Shown here in pieces: positions 47,787 to 58,000 of a stretch of DNA of 64,000 bases. Below the pieces are notes generated by a model. The model ran no database searches. It was given only the letters and a program-made list of their open reading frames with translations, and had not been told where the DNA came from. A program made the position numbers and the translations under genes. The stretch's first letter is position 1. Each line of letters starts with the position of its first letter. Source of the stretch: Candidatus Omnitrophota bacterium (lineage in GTDB: Bacteria > Omnitrophota > Gorgyraeia > Duberdicusellales > 4484-171); contig JAIPGM010000009.1 of the NCBI GenBank assembly GCA_021735655.1, positions 4,976 through 68,975 of the forward strand. Reading direction: 5' to 3'.

Positions 47787-48352
47787 GTTTTAAAATTATC
47801 AAGTTCAACCTGCAAATGATCAAGAAGAGTTAAAAGTTGATCAGCATCTTTTGCTGCTATATGAAAATTCCTGTCTCTTATAAATTTGCTCAAGGAGTTA
47901 AAGCTAGCTTTTAGCCCTAAGTGCTTATCTTTCAATGACCTACACATAGCATCTAAAGATTTAGCAAACGCCTGCAACTGATCATTGCCGCGAATATGAA
48001 AATCTCTTCTAAAATCTGCACGCTGGAGTAAATCAACCTCACGGCGCAGGCGAAAAAGAGGTCCAGCAATTTGATGAGACACAAGCATTGTTAAAGCAAG
48101 AACCCCTAAGCCACTAAAAAATACTACTACCGTTAAATTAATAGCAACTATCGGCAAAATAAAATCCGAGGTTCTTTTAACGGTTACTTTTGTGTTTTCA
48201 ATGGCTACTGTGTTTGAATCACTAGAAAAAAATAATATTCCTCCTAGAATAAGCAACGATGATAAAACAATAATTGAACCGAATTTCATCATAAATCTTG
48301 TCTGAAAATTTTTATCAATAAAGTAATTCCTACGTTTAAATTTTTCTGCCAT
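47783..48352 (-). CDS. HAMP-domain membrane protein
   Basis: Two TM segments flank a short loop. HAMP-like HQIAGPLFRLRREVDLLQRADF. No output domain. Confidence 0.45.
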   Translation of the reverse strand: MAEKFKRRNYFIDKNFQTRFMMKFGSIIVLSSLLILGGILFFSSDSNTVAIENTKVTVKRTSDFILPIVAINLTVVVFFSGLGVLALTMLVSHQIAGPLFRLRREVDLLQRADFRRDFHIRGNDQLQAFAKSLDAMCRSLKDKHLGLKASFNSLSKFIRDRNFHIAAKDADQLLTLLDHLQVELDNFKT

Positions 48353-48365
48353 GACTTCCTCCCTT

Positions 48366-48914
48366 TTATTGGTTAGCTTTAAGGTCTAAACCTTCATAAT
48401 CAATATTAATCTTCACTTTTGTCTTTAAGGACTCTGCCCACTGGTTTATCGCCTCACGTTGTTTTTCATTCAAAATGACCCATTTTATCTGATCATATAC
48501 TTGAGCTAGCTCTTTCTCCGGAAATTGACTATCTTTATTTTTTTTGTAATATCTACGAATATCCTGGTCATTAACCTGAATACCAACAGCCAGTTCTTTT
48601 ATCTTTTTTGATAAAGCAAGTTTAAGTAATGACTGCTCCCAGAAAAGCTGAACGTCTTTTAGAAATTCCGGATCCTTATCCAAACCCAACCTCTCGGCTT
48701 CATTAAGAATTAGTTTGCGGGATATAAACTGATCTAGGAAATCTCGCTGCGATTCAACATCAGAGCTACGAGATAAGGAAGAGTTTAGAGCTTGTTTAAA
48801 CTCCTGCTTACTTACTTCAATATTACCAATCGTAATTACCGGGTGCTCTTTATCTGCTAAGCCGCAACCAACAACTAATAAAATCATTATAATAACAGGA
48901 ATTGCTCTGAACAT
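48366..48914 (-). CDS. SurA/PpiD-N-terminal-domain-like lipoprotein chaperone
   Basis: Start reassigned to MFRAIPVIIMILLVVGCG (lipobox VVGC); an AAGGAGG RBS lies 4 nt upstream. Helical SurA_N-like region follows. Confidence 0.45.
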   Translation of the reverse strand: MFRAIPVIIMILLVVGCGLADKEHPVITIGNIEVSKQEFKQALNSSLSRSSDVESQRDFLDQFISRKLILNEAERLGLDKDPEFLKDVQLFWEQSLLKLALSKKIKELAVGIQVNDQDIRRYYKKNKDSQFPEKELAQVYDQIKWVILNEKQREAINQWAESLKTKVKINIDYEGLDLKANQ

Positions 48915-48977
48915 AGAACCTCCTTTTTTTCCGCTAATCAATCTTTCTTTTATTATACTATTTTATCGGAAGAACTC

Positions 48978-49016
48978 AAAATAAAAAACAGGAAGGTGGA
49001 TGCCACCTTCCTGTTA
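48978..49016 (-). terminator. Rho-independent terminator downstream of tpsA
   Basis: Minus-strand RNA CAGGAAGGUGG-CAU-CCACCUUCCUG is a perfect 11-bp stem, followed by UUUUUUAUUUU. Confidence 0.7.
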
Positions 49017-49043
49017 ATTAAACTCTCTATTGTCAAAATCTAC

Positions 49044-52000
49044 TTACAAATCAGTTGCTTTTTTCTTCTTTTTCTCATCATCGTCTTTGCCGCCAAAATA
49101 AGGAGCTAGAGTCCCTTTGAGGTTAATATTCTGCTCAATGAACTCATAAGCACCACTATCTAGGCTAATACCATCAAAGCCTGACTCATCGGTTACAGTT
49201 AACGGATGATAAGCATAAAAATCGGTGCTTCTAACTGGGGTAACTGTACTAAATCTATAGTTAGCCATCAATTCATAGTAAGTCCTAGAATCACGCAAGA
49301 TACTTGCTAAAAATTGAGCACCGTCAAATTCTGGTAAGAAATCTGGCCAAATCTGCTGAGGTCCTAAGTTAGCTGCCGCAGGGCCAAACAAAGGTGAAGC
49401 ACCTCTGGTGTCGGTATCATCATAAAAGATGTATCCCGGAGGTGTAACATTGGTTAAGTCAATATCTGGCGATGGAAAAACCCCGGTAACTGCTGTAACC
49501 CCAGGTCTAACTATACCTTCAATGGCTCCGCTTACCCCTAAGGTACCACTAGGACCAGCTAAGGTAAAACCAGGAGCAGCGCCACCTATCTCTAGGGTAA
49601 GCCCAGCAACTGGCGTAAAACCAGCAGGAACTGCCCATTTTGAAGGATCTAAATCCACTGCCTGAATATTTACATTTAAAGGATTATAAAAATTATCTGC
49701 ATCTACTGGAACTCCTGCGTTACCAATTCCAATTGTGCCTTCTGGTGTTGAGAAATAAGAATAACTTCCAGCAATTACGTTTGGCCCAGAAACCGGGTCA
49801 ACTACGTAATGTGAAAATACATCTATTCCACCATCGGTCGACCAAGGAGTACCAGTTAAGTCCATCGGAAGCGCTCTTGCGAAATCATTTACCGTGTCAG
49901 GACCAGTTGTTACGTCTGGTTGTACTCCGCTAGGATCCCAGCCGGTTCCGGCATAAATCGAGCCAGTGCGGCTTTCTAAATAAACTCCACCGCGCGGTGC
50001 GATAACTGAGTTAACTGTCATGTCCCCACCACTACTAACATTAATTATCCCATTATTAGCAGCAACTGAAAGACCATAAAGAGTGCCTGCGTCCTCAGTC
50101 AAGGTACCTAGGGTAATGCTGTCTAATTCATTAACGTAGATGTTTCCTACATCCCAAGAGTAAGCACTTAAATAATCAACTGCTGTCATAAATGGCGAAG
50201 CACTGGTACCGATATTGTGACGGGCCAATAACCCGGCAAAATCAGCGCTAACCAGCGAAGTAGCATCACCATAGATATTACCTTCCCAAGCATAGATATC
50301 TACTTCTGAGCTGCCTGTACCGCCAACTGAAGCTGAAATAGAGCTATTAGCAAGGGTTACATCGCCGTTACCAGAGATTAAAGTTGCTCTGGCATCGCCG
50401 TCACCTATCATCTCAGCTGAAACAGTACTATCAGTAATATTTACACCCAAATTAGCAAATAATTCAACTAAAGCTGTATCACTACCACTTAAAGCTTGAG
50501 CTAAAATAGTGCTGCCATTAGTTACGTTAATTTCACCATCTTGGGCGGTTACGCCTATTTCGGCATGACCTTCTCCATCTACGTCAGCAGTAATATCACT
50601 ATTGCTAATATTAACATCGTTAAGGGTATTAATATCAACAAGGGCTATTCCTTCATTGCCTACTAAAGCTTCCAAGGTTGAATCGGTAATTGTTGTACTA
50701 TTCCCAGCAACGCTAAGAATAGTTGCATCACCATCATTGCCAACTGAAGCTATTACTGTACTTTCTATTACCTCTATGTTGCCTTTGTCGGCAGCCAAGT
50801 TAACCGTAGCATCGCCATCATTTACTACTGATGCAGCAAGTGTACTCGGATCAATGGTTATATCATTTGCGGCAAGAACGTTAATCGTAGCATCGCCATC
50901 ATTACCAACCAAAGCTTCCAAGGTTGAATCAGTAATTGTAGTATTGTCGCCAGCTTCTAAGTTAACTGTTGCGTCACCGTCATTACCAACCAAAGCATAT
51001 CCATAATCAGTGTAGGCTTCAACATGACCAGTATCGACCTCGATATCATCTTCAGCTTCGATATTGACAGTGGCTTTGATGTCGCTGTCTTGGATTTCGA
51101 CTCTTTCATCAGCTTCTAGATTGATCTCAGATTTAACCGTACTAGAAGAGATCTTGACATCATCAGCTGATACTATATCGACCTGAGCTTCAATTGTCTC
51201 ATCAGTTACTTCGATGTTTTCTCCAGCTTCAATGTCAATTGTTGATTTTACAGTGCTGTCTTGAATTATTAGGTCATTCCACCAGTTGCCTTCTTCAGGA
51301 TCCCAACCACCGACTACTAGGTCGATCTCGGATTTAACGGTGTCAACGTCATCGCCGTTGGTGATCTCAACGTCATCTTCAGCATCGATGTCAACTGTGG
51401 CTAATACATTACTGTTAACAATCTCCATCCTCTCATCAGCCTTAAGCTCGACTTCAGACTCGATATGGCTGTCGATTGACTTTACGTCATCTGAGGACTT
51501 AAGAGTTACTTCAGATTCGATGGTCTCACCAGTTACCTCTATAGTATCCTCAGCAGTTACATCGACTAAGGCCTTAACGGTTGATTCTTCAATTACCAGG
51601 TCGCTCCAGTTGCTGTCATTGTCACCACTCCAGCCGCCGGCTACCAGATCTATTTCAGCTTTGATAGTTTCACCTTCAGCGTTAGTGATTTCAACGTCAT
51701 CTTGAGCCTCAATCTCAATAGTAGCTAAGATATCGCTGCTTTCAATTTGCAGACGGTCTTGAGCTACTAGTTCAAGTTCGGCTTCTATAGTGCTATCAGT
51801 TATCTTTACATCGTCTGAAGACTTAAGAGTTACTTCAGATTCGATGGTCTCATCAGTTACTTCAATCTTGTCATCGGCAGTTACATCTACCAATGATTTA
51901 ACTGTTGAATCTTCAATTACCAGGTCGCTCCAGTTGCTGTCATTATCACCACTCCAGCCGCCGGCTACCAGGTCTATTTCAGCTTTAACAGTAGTCTCAC

Positions 52001-55000
52001 CTTCAGTGATCTCAACGTCATCTTCGGCGTCAATAGCTACAGTTGCTAGAATATCACTGTCAGTTATTTCTAAACGATCATCAGCTACTAGCTCGGTTTC
52101 AGCTTCGATAGTGCTTTCAGAGATCTTCACATCGTCGCCGGAAGCTATATTAACTGTTGATTCAACAGTCTCACCGGTTACTTCGATCTTGTCATCGGCA
52201 GTGATATCGACCAGTGATTTAACCAAACTGCTGTTGATTATTACATCATTCCACCAGTTACTTGCATTGTTTACCACGATATCAATCAATGAGCCGATAG
52301 TTTTACCGCCGTCATTGGTGATCTCAACGTCATCTTCAGCTTCGATATTGACAGTGGCTTTGATGTCGCTGTCTTGGATTTCGACTCTTTCATCAGCGCT
52401 AATCCTAACTTCGGCCTTAACATCACTAGAAGCAATCTTTACGTCCTCATCGGCACTCAAGTTTACTTCTGCAGTTAAGTCTTCACCGTCTAAGTCGATA
52501 TTAGAATCTTCCAATTCGACTTTAGCCAATACTGTACTGCGTGTTACCTCTATATTGTTGTCAGCTTGGGCATTAACCGTTGCTTGGCCTTTTCCTTCTA
52601 AAATCGCCTCGACTGTACTGTCCTCTATTTTAATGTCATGATCAGCTTGTAAGTTAACTCTTGATTCACCATCAAGATAGTTAATCGCTCTAACCAAACT
52701 GTCATTCTTTACTATTAAATCATTACCAGCAGTAATATTTACACTGGCTACGCCGGTGTCAGAAGGTGGATCGATTGCTCTAACAGTGCTGTTATCCACA
52801 GTCACATTGCCTAAATCGGAATGGATACCAATATAGGCGCCACCATCAGATGAAGGGGCAAGTTTAGAAAAAGCGCTTACTAAGCTATCCTTGATCACTA
52901 TATCATTATCGGCAAGTAAGTTAATCCAGGCTGATGCACCAAGGGCCCTGGCGATAACATCACTTCTTAATAAACCGATTCTATTAGCATCGAATCTAAT
53001 TCTTGATAGTCCACCAAGATTTAACTCATTAGTAACTACCCTTGAGTCAATCACCCTAATATCATCATTAGCATCGAAGAAAATCCTGGCTAAGTAATTA
53101 CCGAACGAATTAGCTCTAACTACGCTACCGTCTCTTAGACCGATGTTTTTACCAGCATGAAACTCAACATTTGCCGGACCATTATTAATTGAGGTAGCTG
53201 CAACTCGTGAGTTTGTTAAACCGATATTATCCCCAGCATCTATTGTAATAATTGCTGAGGCTACTCCATCAAGCACCTGGCTCAACAAATCGCTGTTGTT
53301 CAGAAATACATCACTAGCAGCATCAATATCTATCTCAGCATGGCCGGTGTTTGACACTATTGCTTTCACTTCACTGTCATCGATTGTAATATCGCCATTC
53401 TCGGTCGAAATATCTACATAAGCATTACCGTTCAAAACTGATGCTGTAATGTAGCTTGTGTCTATGGCAATGTTATCACCGGCAGATAGATCAACTGAAG
53501 CATCGCCGTCACCCTCAACGGTTGCACTTACAGTGCTGTCAGTGATGGTTAAATCTCCATTCTCAAGTGTACCCGATGTAGGAGGAACAGGTTCGTAAGG
53601 AGTGGTCCAATCACCAGCTACCATTTTAACCGTAGCATTACCGTTTCCGGTTACATTAGAAGAAACTGTACTATTAGCAACACTAATGTTCTCACCTTCA
53701 GCAAAAACCTCTGCATTACCAGTACCGGTTTGAGCTGAAACTGTACTTGAATCGTTTATATTAAGATCAGCGCCATGGAAAGTGCTGTTATACAAATCTG
53801 GATCAGGAAAATTTATCATAATCCCATCTGCATGCAATCCGGCGCTAAGTTCAACATTGGCATCGCCGGTTCCTTGAGTGATTGCGCTAACTGTGCTGTC
53901 AACAACATCGATCCCCTGCCAAGCACGGACAGTTGTTGTAGTATCACCATTGCCAGCTGTGAAAGCTCTGACTATGCTGTTGTTTTGTATTGCGGTATTG
54001 CCAGAAGTTCCAAAAAAGACTGTTGAATCTCCGTCATTACCAACAGTGGCTTCGATTGTACTGTTATCAACTGTTTGAGAGGCAATCGGCCCATGAGTAA
54101 GCAGTGAAACTTCAGCATCACCGTCATTGCCAATAGCCGCTGAAACAGTACTATCTAAAACTTGTAACGGCCCAGCCGATCTTAAAACAACACTAGCGGT
54201 GCCATTTAAAGCTGAGGCCGAAATCAAACTCGGGTCTATAGTCAGAGTTCCGTCGGCAATCATATTTCCAGCAGTTAAATCAACTGAAGCATTGCCAGTG
54301 CCTACGACAGTAGAAGTAATATCACTATCGGTTACAGTAACATTTGTACCAGCATCTACATCAATCGAAGCATCGCCATCAAGGCCAATTCTAGCTAAGA
54401 TATCGCTATCGACTATCGAAACTAGACCATTAGTTGCATTTGCAATAACTGTTGCATCTCCACCGCCGCGGACTCTTGAACGAATTAGGCTATTGTCCCT
54501 AATGGAGATTCCTCTTCCCGGTGTTGTTAAGCTAACTGAAGCATTTCCATTGCCATTAACCCAAGCATCAATGACGCTTGAGTCGTACACACTGATTCCA
54601 TTGTCAGCATCAGCAGTAATCAAAGCATTTCCATCGCCCGCACGAAAAGCCTCAATAGTTCCATCTACAAAAAGAGTTCCACTGTTAACGTCTAAATTAA
54701 TAACTGCATCATCAGCTGGACCAGATCCAGTTGCCAAAACTGAATAAGCATAAGTATCTCCACCGGTAATAATATCGACTACACTCCCTAGAGCCTGGAT
54801 ATCCCAAAGATTTACACCGTCTAACTCGTTAATCCATACATCGCCACCTAAAGCAATCGCTTGCCAGATATCATCTACGTTAGTGTCAATATGATCACCT
54901 GGGACACCAATAGTACCAGCTGCATTCATGTAAAGATTTGGAGCTGTTAAATTAATGCGATTACCATTAGTATCGAGAATATCGCCTGCAGAACTAGTTA

Positions 55001-58000
55001 AACGAATATTATCGCCAGCATTAATAACACCTAAAGAAATATTACCAACTGCATTAATATTAGCATCATGACCAGCCGTAACAGTGCTATTCGATACCAC
55101 AACCTGACCATCAGCGTCAATATTTACATCATAACCTGCGGTCATATCACTTGAACCATTCATGATAGTATCTCGACCGGTGACAACGTTAATACTTCCG
55201 TCAGAAAGTAACGCCGAGCTTTGGCTCATGATTAAATCCTGAGCTGCATAGATATCAACCAATCTGCCTGAGCGGATAGTTGAATTATTGTTCATAAGAA
55301 CATCTCTCTGGGCATCTACGTCAACCCAAGCTGTACCTAAAATATCTGCATTGTTAAACATCCTTAAGTCTGCATCAAGGTTTACATCAACAATTCTGGC
55401 TTCAATTGATGAGTTGTTATGCATACCTAAACCAAAAGCGTCAATGCGTGCATTAGTGGCATTAATTGCTGAAGTATTATACATTCTCATAAGATTAGCC
55501 ACATCAATCGTTACATTTGTACCTGAGATAGATGATCTATTATTCATTGTAAAATTATCTGGCCCTGCTCCATCACCTACGTTTACAAATATATCAGTTC
55601 CGGTAATCGAAGATGTGTTATTCATCTCCATATAATCATCGGCTGAAACATTCACCGTAGCACCATGGATAAGAGCATCGCCGTTCATAGTTAAAGTATC
55701 ATTGCCAGATCCATTGCCAGCTGAAACATTAACTATACCGCGTGTGCCAATAGTGCCTGTATTGTGGACTAGATCGTTATCGGCATGTACATTAACTGTA
55801 CCTGAGCCAAGGCTGATAACATCAGCGTTAACTGTCATATCAGCTCCGGGGCCAGAACCATTAGCTGCTAAACTAACATCACTATTTCCAACAACATCAG
55901 CATTAACTGTCATTGGCGAACCAGTAGTAATATCAATATTTCCACTACCAAAGTTCTTTACGGCATATCCCCATCCTGGCAAATCATTGAGGGCTATAGC
56001 ACCCTTATTGCGAATAGTGATATCACCGCTTGAATCAGGATCGCGTACCTGTGCGCTTAAACTGCCAATTCGAGTTTTCAAATCAATTGAAGTCTTTGCA
56101 TCAAGTATCGCTGTATCAGAAATGATGTTTGGCCCAAACCCACTATTACCTATAATAGAGCCGGTAAAGTTAAATGGATAAACATCGTAGCCCATTGTCA
56201 AAAGAATAACATCAGTTGCAATTAATTGGTTAATCGCTAAGTCAGTTAGCTCATTTAAATTAATAAGCCCGCCAACGCGACCCTCTAAAGTTTCTATCTC
56301 GGTCTCGATTCCATTACCTAAACCAGCGAGACCAACATTACCGTCAACATCAAAGGCAAGTGTGTCAGCTACAATATCAGTGCCGATGTCGCCTGAGCCC
56401 TGCTCCTGCACATCACCTGAACTGATTAGCTTAAATTTCAGCCCCGGCTGATCTAAATTATTAATTGTGATAGTTCCGGCGCTACTTGAACCGATATTGA
56501 TAAAACCAGAAGTAATCAAATTGTAGATTTCATCATTAGAAAGCCTAAACTGACCATAAGCTAAATGTGCGGCTAGAGCAATTGTCTGAGCAGCGCTTGG
56601 GGCAATAGTAATATCTGCCGTGCCGGCATCTACGATACCGTCAACATTAATGTCATCAGCGCTTATGTAGACTTCTCCGTCAGTTGCTCCAGTTGTATCT
56701 ATAACCGAACCATTTTGCAAATCATAGAAACCAGTAGTATCACCATCGCTATCAGCTGAACCGGTAAAGCTTCCACCACCGGTGTAAACATCTCCACCAG
56801 AACTATGGATAATATCACCTACGGCAGCCAAAATTACATCTCCGCCGCCACTATTGATCAAAGCATTAACATAAAGGTTAGGATCATCAACTACGGCTAT
56901 ATCAATAAGTCCGTTGTTAGTAGTAATCGCACCATCAAGCCATAAATCACCAGAGTTAATCAAACTGAAGCTATCTCCGTCAAATCCACCAAAATGCATT
57001 GCACCAGCATGATACATGGCGGCTCTTTGAGCAGTAATAGACATATTGTTTGATCTTAATTCAAGAGCACCATTTGTACCAAAACCGATATCACCACCGG
57101 CATTAAAATCTATGGTATTGGCTGATATATCAAAGTTAGTAATACCACCTGCAACCTTATCAATTCCATCAACAGCATTGCCACTATCATAAGCATCATT
57201 GATATTTCCACCGGCCGTAACTGTTACTGTTCCTAATGCAGGAATAGCTGAACCAGTAAAAGTACCATCAGTTGAAACCCTAGTAACATAAGCATCTTGG
57301 GCAGCAGTTAAGTCAATATCTCCGCCGTCAGTAACTACGCTGCCTGTTTGACTAATAGCCAAATCTCTTCCAGCATCAAGACCAACATTGCCAGCGCTTG
57401 AATCAACAGCAGCATTTACTGACAAATCTCCATCAGCACCAGCTGCAGCTAAACTAATATCGCCCAAGGCTAAAACATCAGAATTTACTGTTAAAGGAGA
57501 AGCTGTAGAAATATCAACTGCTCCACCGATATTATTAACACCACTACCGGCGATAGTTAGATCTCCAGTATTATCAATTTCTATATTTCCTGAAATCGTA
57601 TTAAGAGCTTCTAAATTACTTACCTGTGTTTCTAAAGCATCGCCGGAACCGATTCCTTGAGCTGCAGAAATGCTTAAAGAATCAGCGGTGATATCAGGAG
57701 TAGTGGCACTATTAGCATCTACTACTGCCCCATCACTTGAATTTATATTAACATTTACACCACTCAATCCAGTTGTAACTGTTGTTGAAGTGGCGCCTAA
57801 AGGATCGCTTCCTACCTCATAAGATGCTTTTAACCACGCATCACTTCTGGCAACATTTGAAACCCTGACTTCATCAATCTGGCCTTCAGTTAAATAATTT
57901 GTATCACCCCAACCGCCAATCATAAAGTCGGTAGCAGTATCGACATCGCCTGATGAAGTTGCAAAACCAATATTGTCACCTGCGCCATCTACATACAAAC

